From contig OZ059894.1 in NCBI GenBank assembly GCA_964057225.1, positions 3,162,001 through 3,226,000 of the forward strand: a stretch of DNA of 64,000 nucleotides, given 5' to 3'. The DNA comes from Auanema rhodensis. Taxonomy: Eukaryota; Animalia; Nematoda. Shown here one piece after another: positions 26,001-40,237 of this stretch (position 1 is the stretch's first letter; each line of letters opens with the position of its first letter). Below the pieces are notes generated by a model, which saw only the letters and a list, made by a program, of their open reading frames with translations, had not been told where the DNA came from and ran no database searches. The translations under genes and the position numbers were made by a program.

Positions 26001-29000
26001 AGTTCACACTTATATCCTCGATTTTCACCCTGAAGAATTAATTTTTTCGTTGAATAACATTGTCCATCGTCTTTGCCTTGAAAAAAGGAATCTAAAAACA
26101 TCTACTTTTCGCTAAATTATTTTGAAATTTTTCGAAAAAATTTTTGTCAAAATGTTTTTGGAAGCAATGTTGAGTGTACATGGAAACTCAACATACACTA
26201 ATGCATCATTTTTCAAACAATCATAACTAATTTTTGTATTAAGCGTTTTTCAATGTAGTATAGTGCATTCGATGCGGATTTTTAAGCTGCGTCGATCTGT
26301 GTTATCCGATTTGCGCTAGCTGAAAAATGCAACGAGATATCAACTGATATAAGTTCACACTTATATCCTCGATTTTCACCCTGAAGAATTAATTTTTTCG
26401 TTGAATAACATTGTCCATCGTCTTTGCCTTGAAAAAAAGAATCTAAAAACATCTACTTTTTGCTAAATTATTTTGAAATTTTTCGAAAAAATTTTTGTCA
26501 AAATGTTTTTGGAAGCAATGTTGAGTGTACATGGAAACTCAACATACACTAATGCATCATTTTTCAAACAATCATAACTAATTTTTGTATTGAGCGTTTT
26601 TCAATGTAGTATAGTGCATTCGATGCGGATTTTTAAGCTGCGTCGAGCTGTGTTATCAGATTTGCGCTAGCTTAAAAATGCACCGAGATATCAACTGATA
26701 TAAGTTCACACATATATCCTCGATTTTCACCCTGAAGAATTAATTTTTTCGTTGAATAACATTGTCCATCGTCTTTGCCTTGAAAAAAGGAATCTAAAAA
26801 CATCTACTTTTCGCTAAATTATTTTGAAATTTTTCGAAAAAATTTTTGTCAAAATGTTTTTGGAAGCAATGTTGAGTGTACATGGAAACTCAACATACAC
26901 TAATGCATCATTTTTCAAACGATTATAACTAATTTTTGTATTAAGCGTTTTTCAATGTAGTATAGTGCATTCGATGCGGATTTTCAAGCTGCGTCGATCT
27001 GTGTTATCAGATTTGCGCTAGCTTAAAAATGCACCGAGATATCAACTGATATAAGTTCACACTTATATCCTCGATTTTCACCCTGAAGAATTAATTTTTT
27101 CGTTGAATAACATTGTCCATCGTCTTTGCCTTGAAAAAAGGAATCTAAAAACATCTACTTTTCGCTAAATTATTTTGAAATTTTTCGAAAAAATTTTTGT
27201 CAAAATGTTTTTGGAAGCAATGTTGAGTGTACATGGAAACTCAACATACACTAATGCATCATTTTTCAAACAATCATAACTAATTTTTGTATTGAGCGTT
27301 TTTCAATGTAGTATAGTGCATTCGATGCGGATTTTTAAGCTGCGTCGAGCTGTGTTATCAGATTTGCGCTAGCTTAAAAATGCACCGAGATATCAACTGA
27401 TATAAGTTCACACATATATCCTCGATTTTCACCCTGAAGAATTAATTTTTTCGTTGAATAACATTGTCCATCGTCTTTGCCTTGAAAAAAGGAATCTAAA
27501 AACATCTACTTTTCGCTAAATTATTTTGAAATTTTTCGAAAAAATTTTTGTCAAAATGTTTTTGGAAGCAATGTTGAGTGTACATGGAAACTCAACATAC
27601 ACTAATGCATCATTTTTCAAACGATTATAACTAATTTTTGTATTAAGCGTTTTTCAATGTAGTATAGTGCATTCGATGCGGATTTTCAAGCTGCGTCGAT
27701 CTGTGTTATCAGATTTGCGCTAGCTTAAAAATGCACCGAGATATCAACTGATATAAGTTCACACATATATCCTCGATTTTCACCCTGAAGAATTAATTTT
27801 TTCGTTGAATAACATTGTCCATCGTCTTTGCCTTGAAAAAAGGAATCTAAAAACATCTACTTTTCGCTAAATTATTTTGAAATTTTTCGAAAAAATTTTT
27901 GTCAAAATGTTTTTGGAAGCAATGTTGAGTGTACATGGAAACTCAACATACACTAATGCATCATTTTTCAAACGATTATAACTAATTTTTGTATTAAGCG
28001 TTTTTCAATGTAGTATAGTGCATTCGATGCGGATTTTCAAGCTGCGTCGATCTGTGTTATCAGATTTGCGCTAGCTTAAAAATGCACCGAGATATCAACT
28101 GATATAAGTTCACACTTATATCCTCGATTTTCACCCTGAAGAATTAATTTTTTCGTTGAATAACATTGTCCATCGTCTTTGCCTTGAAAAAAGGAATCTA
28201 AAAACATCTACTTTTCGCTAAATTATTTTGAAATTTTTCGAAAAAATTTTTGTCAAAATGTTTTTGGAAGCAATGTTGAGTGTACATGGAAACTCAACAT
28301 ACACTAATGCATCATTTTTCAAACAATCATAACTAATTTTTGTATTGAGCGTTTTTCAATGTAGTATAGTGCATTCGATGCGGATTTTTAAGCTGCGTCG
28401 AGCTGTGTTATCAGATTTGCGCTAGCTTAAAAATGCACCGAGATATCAACTGATATAAGTTCACACATATATCCTCGATTTTCACCCTGAAGAATTAATT
28501 TTTTCGTTGAATAACATTGTCCATCGTCTTTGCCTTGAAAAAAGGAATCTAAAAACATCTACTTTTCGCTAAATTATTTTGAAATTTTTCGAAAAAATTT
28601 TTGTCAAAATGTTTTTGGAAGCAATGTTGAGTGTACATGGAAACTCAACATACACTAATGCATCATTTTTCAAACGATTATAACTAATTTTTGTATTAAG
28701 CGTTTTTCAATGTAGTATAGTGCATTCGATGCGGATTTTCAAGCTGCGTCGATCTGTGTTATCAGATTTGCGCTAGCTTAAAAATGCACCGAGATATCAA
28801 CTGATATAAGTTCACACTTATATCCTCGATTTTCACCCTGAAGAATTAATTTTTTCGTTGAATAACATTGTCCATCGTCTTTGCCTTGAAAAAAGGAATC
28901 TAAAAACATCTACTTTTCGCTAAATTATTTTGAAATTTTTCGAAAAAATTTTTGTCAAAATGTTTTTGGAAGCAATGTTGAGTGTACATGGAAACTCAAC

Positions 29001-29356
29001 ATACACTAATGCATCATTTTTCAAACGATTATAACTAATTTTTGTATTAAGCGTTTTTCAATGTAGTATAGTGCATTCGATGCGGATTTTCAAGCTGCGT
29101 CGATCTGTGTTATCAGATTTGCGCTAGCTTAAAAATGCACCGAGATATCAACTGATATAAGTTCACACTTATATCCTCGATTTTCACCCTGAAGAATTAA
29201 TTTTTTCGTTGAATAACATTGTCCATCGTCTTTGCCTTGAAAAAAGGAATCTAAAAACATCTACTTTTCGCTAAATTATTTTGAAATTTTTCGAAAAAAT
29301 TTTTGTCAAAATGTTTTTGGAAGCAATGTTAAGTGTACATGGAAACTCAACATACA

Positions 29357-30409
29357 CTAATGCATCATTTTTCAAACAATCATAACTAATTTTTGTATTA
29401 AGCGTTTTTCAATGTAGTATAGTGCATTCGATGCGGATTTTCAAGCTGCGTCGATCTGTGTTATCAGATTTGCGCTAGCTTAAAAATGCACCGAGATATC
29501 AACTGATATAAGTTCACACTTATATCCTCGATTTTCACCCTGAAGAATTAATTTTTTCGATGAATAACATTGTCCATCGTCTTTGCCTTGAAAAAAGGAG
29601 TCTAAAAACATCTACTTTTCGCTAAATTATTTTGAAATTTTTCGAAAAAATTTTTGTCAAAATGTTTTTGGAAGCAATGTTGAGTGTACATGGAAACTCA
29701 ACATACACTAATGCATCATTTTTCAAACAATCATAACTAATTTTTGTATTAAGCGTTTTTCAATGTAGTATAGTGCATTCGATGCGGATTTTCAAGCTGC
29801 GTCGATCTGTGTTATCAGATTTGCGCTAGCTTAAAAATGCACCGAGATATCAACTGATATAAGTTCACACTTATATCCTCGATTTTCACCCTGAAGAATT
29901 AATTTTTTCGATGAATAACATTGTCCATCGTCTTTGCCTTGAAAAAAGGAGTCTAAAAACATCTACTTTTCGCTAAATTATTTTGAAATTTTTCGAAAAA
30001 ATTTTTGTCAAAATGTTTTTGGAAGCAATGTTGAGTGTACATGGAAACTCAACATACACTAATGCATCATTTTTCAAACAATCATAACTAATTTTTGTAT
30101 TAAGCGTTTTTCAATGTAGTATAGTGCATTCGATGCGGATTTTCAAGCTGCGTCGATCTGTGTTATCAGATTTGCGCTAGCTTAAAAATGCACCGAGATA
30201 TCAACTGATATAAGTTCACACTTATATCCTCGATTTTCACCCTGAAGAATTAATTTTTTCGATGAATAACATTGTCCATCGTCTTTGCCTTGAAAAAAGG
30301 AGTCTAAAAACATCTACTTTTCGCTAAATTATTTTGAAATTTTTCGAAAAAATTTTTGTCAAAATGTTTTTGGAAGCAATGTTGAGTGTACATGGAAACT
30401 CAACATACA
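29357..30409. repeat. Three consecutive apparently identical monomers
   Basis: Each carries AAACAATC, TTTCAAG, CGATGAA and GGAGTCT (starts 29357, 29708, 30059). Confidence 0.85.
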
Positions 30410-33400
30410 CTAATGCATCATTTTTCAAACAATCATAACTAATTTTTGTATTAAGCGTTTTTCAATGTAGTATAGTGCATTCGATGCGGATTTTTAAGCT
30501 GCGTCGATCTGTGTTATCAGATTTGCGCTAGCTTAAAAATGCACCGAGATATCAACTGATATAAGTTCACACATATATCCTCGATTTTCACCCTGAAGAA
30601 TTAATTTTTTCGTTGAATAACATTGTCCATCGTCTTTGCCTTGAAAAAAAAAATCTAAAAACATCTACTTTTTGCTAAATTATTTTGAAATTTTTCGAAA
30701 AAATTTTTGTCAAAATGTTTTTGGAAGCAATGTTGAGTGTACATGGAAACTCAACATACACTAATGCATCATTTTTCAAACGATCATAACTAATTTTTGT
30801 ATTGAGCGTTTTTCATTGTAGTATAGTGCATTCGATGCGGATTTTTAAGCTGCGTCGAGCTGTGTTATCAGATTTGCGCTAGCTTAAAAATGCACCGAGA
30901 TATCAACTGATATAAGTTCACACATATATCCTCGATTTTCACCCTGAAGAATTAATTTTTTCGTTGAATAACATTGTCCATCGTCTTTGCCTTGAAAAAA
31001 GGAATCTAAAAACATCTACTTTTCGCTAAATTATTTTGAAATTTTTCGAAAAAATTTTTGTCAAAATGTTTTTGGAAGCAATGTTGAGTGTACATGGAAA
31101 CTCAACATACACTAATGCATCATTTTTCAAACGATCATAACTAATTTTTGTATTAAGCGTTTTTCAATGTAGTATAGTGCATTCGATGCGGATTTTTAAG
31201 CTGCGTCGATCTGTGTTATCAGATTTGCGCTAGCTTAAAAATGCACCGAGATATCAACTGATATAAGTTCACACTTATATCCTCGATTTTCACCCTGAAG
31301 AATTAATTTTTTCGATGAATAACATTGTCCATCGTCTTTGCCTTGAAAAAAGGAATCTAAAAACATCTACTTTTCGCTAAATTATTTTGAAATTTTTCGA
31401 AAAAATTTTTGTCAAAATGTTTTTGGAAGCAATGTTGAGTGTACATGGAAACTCAACATACACTAATGCATCATTTTTCAAACAATCATAACTAATTTTT
31501 GTATTAAGCGTTTTTCAATGTAGTATAGTGCATTCGATGCGGATTTTTAAGCTGCGTCGATCTGTGTTATCCGATTTGCGCTAGCTGAAAAATGCACCGA
31601 GATATCAACTGATATAAGTTCACACTTATATCCTCGATTTTCACCCTGAAGAATTAATTTTTTCGTTGAATAACATTGTCCATCGTATTTGCCTTGGAAA
31701 AAAGAATCTAAAAACATCTACTTTTTGCTAAATTATTTTGAAATTTTTCGAAAAAATTTTTGTCAAAATGTTTTTGGAAGCAATGTTGAGTGTACATGGA
31801 AACTCAACATACACTAATGCATCATTTTTCAAACAATCATAACTAATTTTTGTATTAAGCGTTTTTCAATGTAGTATAGTGCATTCGATGCGGATTTTTA
31901 AGCTGCGTCGATCTGTGTTATCCGATTTGCGCTAGCTGAAAAATGCACCGAGATATCAACTGATATAAGTTCACACTTATATCCTCGATTTTCACCCTGA
32001 AGAATTAATTTTTTCGTTGAATAACATTGTCCATCGTCTTTGCCTTGAAAAAAAGAATCTAAAAACATCTACTTTTTGCTAAATTATTTTGAAATTTTTC
32101 GAAAAAATTTTTGTCAAAATGTTTTTGGAAGCAATGTTGAGTGTACATGGAAACTCAACATACACTAATGCATCATTTTTCAAACGATCATAACTAATTT
32201 TTGTATTGAGCGTTTTTCATTGTAGTATAGTGCATTCGATGCGGATTTTTAAGCTGCGTCGAGCTGTGTTATCAGATTTGCGCTAGCTTAAAAATGCACC
32301 GAGATATCAACTGATATAAGTTCACACATATATCCTCGATTTTCACCCTGAAGAATTAATTTTTTCGTTGAATAACATTGTCCATCGTCTTTGCCTTGAA
32401 AAAAGGAGTCTAAAAACATCTACTTTACGCTAAATTATTCTGAAGTTTTTCGAAAAAATTTTTGTCAAAATGTTTTTGGAAGCAATGTTGAGTGTACATG
32501 GAAACTCAACATACACTAATGCATCATTTTTCAAACAATCATAACTAATTTTTGTATTAAGCGTTTTTCAATGTAGTATAGTGCATTCGATGCGGATTTT
32601 TAAGCTGCGTCGATCTGTGTTATCCGATTTGCGCTAGCTGAAAAATGCACCGAGATATCAACTGATATAAGTTCACACTTATATCCTCGATTTTCACCCT
32701 GAAGAATTAATTTTTTCGTTGAATAACATTGTCCATCGTCTTTGCCTTGAAAAAAAGAATCTAAAAACATCTACTTTTTGCTAAATTATTTTGAAATTTT
32801 TCGAAAAAATTTTTGTCAAAATGTTTTTGGAAGCAATGTTGAGTGTACATGGAAACTCAACATACACTAATGCATCATTTTTCAAACGATCATAACTAAT
32901 TTTTGTATTGAGCGTTTTTCATTGTAGTATAGTGCATTCGATGCGGATTTTTAAGCTGCGTCGAGCTGTGTTATCAGATTTGCGCTAGCTTAAAAATGCA
33001 CCGAGATATCAACTGATATAAGTTCACACATATATCCTCGATTTTCACCCTGAAGAATTAATTTTTTCGTTGAATAACATTGTCCATCGTCTTTGCCTTG
33101 AAAAAAAGAATCTAAAAACATCTACTTTTTGCTAAATTATTTTGAAATTTTTCGAAAAAATTTTTGTCAAAATGTTTTTGGAAGCAATGTTGAGTGTACA
33201 TGGAAACTCAACATACACTAATGCATCATTTTTCAAACGATCATAACTAATTTTTGTATTGAGCGTTTTTCATTGTAGTATAGTGCATTCGATGCGGATT
33301 TTCAAGCTGCGTCGAGCTGTGTTATCAGATTTGCGCTAGCTTAAAAATGCACCGAGATATCAACTGATATAAGTTCACACATATATCCTCGATTTTCACC

Positions 33401-33919
33401 CTGAAGAATTAATTTTTTCGTTGAATAACATTGTCCATCGTCTTTGCCTTGAAAAAAGGAATCTAAAAACATCTACTTTTCGCTAAATTATTTTGAAATT
33501 TTTCGAAAAAATTTTTGTCAAAATGTTTTTGGAAGCAATGTTGAGTGTACATGGAAACTCAACATACACTAATGCATCATTTTTCAAACGATCATAACTA
33601 ATTTTTGTATTAAGCGTTTTTCATTGTAGTATAGTGCATTCGATGCGGATTTTTAAGCTGCGTCGAGCTGTGTTATCAGATTTGCGCTAGCTTAAAAATG
33701 CACCGAGATATCAACTGATATAAGTTCACACATATATCCTCGATTTTCACCCTGAAGAATTAATTTTTTCGTTGAATAACATTGTCCATCGTCTTTGCCT
33801 TGAAAAAAGGAATCTAAAAACATCTACTTTTCGCTAAATTATTTTGAAATTTTTCGAAAAAATTTTTGTCAAAATGTTTTTGGAAGCAATGTTGAGTGTA
33901 CATGGAAACTCAACATACA

Positions 33920-36900
33920 CTAATGCATCATTTTTCAAACGATCATAACTAATTTTTGTATTAAGCGTTTTTCAATGTAGTATAGTGCATTCGATGCGGA
34001 TTGTTAAGCTGCGTCGATCTGTGTTATCAGATTTGCGCTAGCTTAAAAATGCACCGAGATATCAACTGATATAAGTTCACACTTATATCCTCGATTTTCA
34101 CCCTGAAGAATTAATTTTTTCGTTGAATAACATTGTCCATCGCCTTTGCCTTGAAAAAAGGAATCTAAAAACATCTACTTTTCGCTAAATTATTTTGAAA
34201 TTTTTCGAAAAAATTTTTGTCAAAATGTTTTTGGAAGCAATGTTGAGTGTACATGGAAACTCAACATACACTAATGCATCATTTTTCAAACGATCATAAC
34301 TAATTTTTGTATTAAGCGTTTTTTAATGTAGTATAGTGCATTCGATGCGGATTTTTAAGCTGCGTCGATCTGTGTTATCAGATTTGCGCTAGCTTAAAAA
34401 TGCACCGAGATATCAACTGATATAAGTTCACACTTATATCCTCGATTTTCACCCTGAAGAATTAATTTTTTCGTTGAATAACATTGTCCATCGCCTTTGC
34501 CTTGAAAAAAGGAATCTAAAAACATCTACTTTTCGCTAAATTATTTTGAAATTTTTCGAAAAAATTTTTGTCAAAATGTTTTTGGAAGCAATGTTGAGTG
34601 TACATGGAAACTCAACATACACTAATGCATCATTTTTCAAACGATCATAACTAATTTTTGTATTAAGCGTTTTTTAATGTAGTATAGTGCATTCGATGCG
34701 GATTTTTAAGCTGCGTCGATCTGTGTTATCAGATTTGCGCTAGCTTAAAAATGCACCGAGATATCAACTGATATAAGTTCACACTTATATCCTCGATTTT
34801 CACCCTGAAGAATTAATTTTTTCGTTGAATAACATTGTCCATCGTCTTTGCCTTGAAAAAAAGAATCTAAAAACATCTACTTTTCGCTAAATTATTTTGA
34901 AATTTTTCGAAAAAATTTTTGTCAAAATGTTTTTGGAAGCAATGTTGAGTGTACATGGAAACTCAACATACACTAATGCATCATTTTTCAAACGATCATA
35001 ACTAATTTTTGTATTAAGCGTTTTTCAATGTAGTATAGTGCATTCGATGCGGATTTTCAAGCTGCGTCGATCTGTGTTATCAGATTTGCGCTAGCTTAAA
35101 AATGCACCGATATATCAACTGATAAAAGTTCACACTTATATCCTCGATTTTCACCCTGAAGAATTAATTTTTTCGATGAATAACATTGTCCATCGTCTTT
35201 GCCTTGAAAAAAGGAATCTAAAAACATCTACTTTTCGCTAAATTATTTTGAAATTTTTCGAAAAAATTTTTGTCAAAATGTTTTTGGAAGCAATGTTGAG
35301 TGTACATGGAAACTCAACATACACTAATGCATCATTTTTCAAACAATCATAACTAATTTTTGTATTAAGCGTTTTTCAATGTAGTATAGTGCATTCGATG
35401 CGAATTTTCAAGCTGCGTCGATCTGTGTTATCAGATTTGCGCTAGCTTAAAAATGCACCGAGATATCAACTGATATAAGTTCACACATATATCCTCGATT
35501 TTCACCCTGAAGAATTAATTTTTTCGTTGAATAACATTGTCCATCGTCTTTGCCTTGAAAAAAGGAATCTAAAAACATCTACTTTTCGCTAAATTATTTT
35601 GAAATTTTTCGAAAAAATTTTTGTCAAAATGTTTTTGGAAGCAATGTTGAGTGTACATGGAAACTCAACATACACTAATGCATCATTTTTCAAACGATCA
35701 TAACTAATTTTTGTATTAAGCGTTTTTCAATGTAGTATAGTGCATTCGATGCGGATTGTTAAGCTGCGTCGATCTGTGTTATCAGATTTGCGCTAGCTTA
35801 AAAATGCACCGAGATATCAACTGATATAAGTTCACACTTATATCCTCGATTTTCACCCTGAAGAATTAATTTTTTCGTTGAATAACATTGTCCATCGCCT
35901 TTGCCTTGAAAAAAGGAATCTAAAAACATCTACTTTTCGCTAAATTATTTTGAAATTTTTCGAAAAAATTTTTGTCAAAATGTTTTTGGAAGCAATGTTG
36001 AGTGTACATGGAAACTCAACATACACTAATGCATCATTTTTCAAACGATCATAACTAATTTTTGTATTAAGCGTTTTTTAATGTAGTATAGTGCATTCGA
36101 TGCGGATTTTTAAGCTGCGTCGATCTGTGTTATCAGATTTGCGCTAGCTTAAAAATGCACCGAGATATCAACTGATATAAGTTCACACTTATATCCTCGA
36201 TTTTCACCCTGAAGAATTAATTTTTTCGTTGAATAACATTGTCCATCGCCTTTGCCTTGAAAAAAGGAATCTAAAAACATCTACTTTTCGCTAAATTATT
36301 TTGAAATTTTTCGAAAAAATTTTTGTCAAAATGTTTTTGGAAGCAATGTTGAGTGTACATGGAAACTCAACATACACTAATGCATCATTTTTCAAACGAT
36401 CATAACTAATTTTTGTATTAAGCGTTTTTTAATGTAGTATAGTGCATTCGATGCGGATTTTTAAGCTGCGTCGATCTGTGTTATCAGATTTGCGCTAGCT
36501 TAAAAATGCACCGAGATATCAACTGATATAAGTTCACACTTATATCCTCGATTTTCACCCTGAAGAATTAATTTTTTCGTTGAATAACATTGTCCATCGT
36601 CTTTGCCTTGAAAAAAAGAATCTAAAAACATCTACTTTTCGCTAAATTATTTTGAAATTTTTCGAAAAAATTTTTGTCAAAATGTTTTTGGAAGCAATGT
36701 TGAGTGTACATGGAAACTCAACATACACTAATGCATCATTTTTCAAACGATCATAACTAATTTTTGTATTAAGCGTTTTTCAATGTAGTATAGTGCATTC
36801 GATGCGGATTTTCAAGCTGCGTCGATCTGTGTTATCAGATTTGCGCTAGCTTAAAAATGCACCGATATATCAACTGATAAAAGTTCACACTTATATCCTC

Positions 36901-37078
36901 GATTTTCACCCTGAAGAATTAATTTTTTCGATGAATAACATTGTCCATCGTCTTTGCCTTGAAAAAAGGAATCTAAAAACATCTACTTTTCGCTAAATTA
37001 TTTTGAAATTTTTCGAAAAAATTTTTGTCAAAATGTTTTTGGAAGCAATGTTGAGTGTACATGGAAACTCAACATACA
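33920..37078. repeat. 5-monomer tandem duplication (offset 1,755 bp)
   Basis: The rare GGATTGTTAAG variant occurs only in monomers starting 33920 and 35675, and the following monomers match in order. Confidence 0.88.
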
Positions 37079-40000
37079 CTAATGCATCATTTTTCAAACA
37101 ATCATAACTAATTTTTGTATTAAGCGTTTTTCAATGTAGTATAGTGCATTCGATGCGAATTTTCAAGCTGCGTCGATCTGTGTTATCAGATTTGCGCTAG
37201 CTTAAAAATGCACCGAGATATCAACTGATATAAGTTCACACTTATATCCTCGATTTTCACCCTGAAGAATTAATTTTTTCGTTGAATAACATTGTCCATC
37301 GTCTTTGCCTTGGAAAAAAGAATCTAAAAACATCTACTTTTTGCTAAATTATTTTGAAATTTTTCGAAAAAATTTTTGTCAAAATGTTTTTGGAAGCAAT
37401 GTTGAGTGTACATGGAAACTCAACATACACTAATGCATCATTTTTCAAACGATCATAACTAATTTTTGTATTAAGCGTTTTTCAATGTAGTATAGTGCAT
37501 TCGATGCGGATTTTCAAGCTGCGTCGATCTGTGTTATCAGATTTGCGCTAGCTTAAAAATGCACCGAGATATCAACTGATATAAGTTCACACTTATATCC
37601 TCGATTTTCACCCTGAAGAATTACTTTTTTCGTTGAATAACATTGTCCATCGTCTTTGCCTTGAAAAAAGGAATCTAAAAACATCTACTTTTCGCTAAAT
37701 TATTTTGAAATTTTTCGAAAAAATTTTTGTCAAAATGTTTTTGGAAGCAATGTTGAGTGTACATGGAAACTCAACATACACTAATGCATCATTTTTCAAA
37801 CGATCATAACTAATTTTTGTATTAAGCGTTTTTCAATGTAGTATAGTGCATTCGATGCGGATTTTTAAGCTGCGTCGATCTGTGTTATCAGATTTGCGCT
37901 AGCTTAAAAATGCACCGAGATATCAACTGATATAAGTTCACACTTATATCCTCGATTTTCACCCTGAAGAATTAATTTTTTCGTTGAATAACATTGTCCA
38001 TCGTCTTTGCATTGAAAAAAGGAATCTAAAAACATCTACTTTTTGCTAAATTATTTTGAAATTTTTCGAAAAAATTTTTGTCAAAATGTTTTTGGAAGCA
38101 ATGTTGAGTGTACATGGAAACTCAACATACACTAATGCATCATTTTTCAAACGATCATAACTAATTTTTGTATTAAGCGTTTCTCAATGTAGTATAGTGC
38201 ATTCGATGCGGATTTTCAAGCTGCGTCGATCTGTGTTATCAGATTTGCGCTAGCTTAAAAATGCACCGAGATATCAACTGATATAAGTTCACACTTATAT
38301 CCTCGATTTTCACCCTGAAGAATTAATTTTTTCGTTGAATAACATTGTCCATCGCCTTTGCCTTGAAAAAAGGAATCTAAAAACATCTACTTTTCGCTAA
38401 ATTATTTTGAAATTTTTCGAAAAAATTTTTGTCAAAATGTTTTTGGAAGCAATGTTGAGTGTACATGGAAACTCAACATACACTAATGCATCATTTTTCA
38501 AACGATCATAACTAATTTTTGTATTAAGCGTTTTTTAATGTAGTATAGTGCATTCGATGCGGATTTTTAAGCTGCGTCGATCTGTGTTATCCGATTTGCG
38601 CTAGCTTAAAAATGCACCGATATATCAACTGATAAAAGTTCACACTTATATCCTCGATTTTCACCCTGAAGAATTAATTTTTTCGATGAATAACATTGTC
38701 CATCGTCTTTGCCTTGAAAAAAGGAATCTAAAAACATCTACTTTTCGCTAAATTATTTTGAAATTTTTCGAAAAAATTTTTGTCAAAATGTTTTTGGAAG
38801 CAATGTTGAGTGTACATGGAAACTCAACATACACTAATGCATCATTTTTCAAACAATCATAACTAATTTTTGTATTAAGCGTTTTTCAATGTAGTATAGT
38901 GCATTCGATGCGAATTTTCAAGCTGCGTCGATCTGTGTTATCAGATTTGCGCTAGCTTAAAAATGCACCGAGATATCAACTGATATAAGTTCACACTTAT
39001 ATCCTCGATTTTCACCCTGAAGAATTAATTTTTTCGTTGAATAACATTGTCCATCGTCTTTGCCTTGGAAAAAAGAATCTAAAAACATCTACTTTTTGCT
39101 AAATTATTTTGAAATTTTTCGAAAAAATTTTTGTCAAAATGTTTTTGGAAGCAATGTTGAGTGTACATGGAAACTCAACATACACTAATGCATCATTTTT
39201 CAAACGATCATAACTAATTTTTGTATTAAGCGTTTTTCAATGTAGTATAGTGCATTCGATGCGGATTTTCAAGCTGCGTCGATCTGTGTTATCAGATTTG
39301 CGCTAGCTTAAAAATGCACCGAGATATCAACTGATATAAGTTCACACTTATATCCTCGATTTTCACCCTGAAGAATTACTTTTTTCGTTGAATAACATTG
39401 TCCATCGTCTTTGCCTTGAAAAAAGGAATCTAAAAACATCTACTTTTCGCTAAATTATTTTGAAATTTTTCGAAAAAATTTTTGTCAAAATGTTTTTGGA
39501 AGCAATGTTGAGTGTACATGGAAACTCAACATACACTAATGCATCATTTTTCAAACGATCATAACTAATTTTTGTATTAAGCGTTTTTCAATGTAGTATA
39601 GTGCATTCGATGCGGATTTTTAAGCTGCGTCGATCTGTGTTATCAGATTTGCGCTAGCTTAAAAATGCACCGAGATATCAACTGATATAAGTTCACACTT
39701 ATATCCTCGATTTTCACCCTGAAGAATTAATTTTTTCGTTGAATAACATTGTCCATCGTCTTTGCATTGAAAAAAGGAATCTAAAAACATCTACTTTTTG
39801 CTAAATTATTTTGAAATTTTTCGAAAAAATTTTTGTCAAAATGTTTTTGGAAGCAATGTTGAGTGTACATGGAAACTCAACATACACTAATGCATCATTT
39901 TTCAAACGATCATAACTAATTTTTGTATTAAGCGTTTCTCAATGTAGTATAGTGCATTCGATGCGGATTTTCAAGCTGCGTCGATCTGTGTTATCAGATT

Positions 40001-40237
40001 TGCGCTAGCTTAAAAATGCACCGAGATATCAACTGATATAAGTTCACACTTATATCCTCGATTTTCACCCTGAAGAATTAATTTTTTCGTTGAATAACAT
40101 TGTCCATCGCCTTTGCCTTGAAAAAAGGAATCTAAAAACATCTACTTTTCGCTAAATTATTTTGAAATTTTTCGAAAAAATTTTTGTCAAAATGTTTTTG
40201 GAAGCAATGTTGAGTGTACATGGAAACTCAACATACA
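37079..40237. repeat. Second 5-monomer tandem duplication (offset 1,755 bp)
   Basis: The series GCGAATT+TTGGAAA / TTACTTT / GCATTG / TTTCTC+CGCCTT occurs at 37079-38482 and again at 38834-40237. Confidence 0.85.
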
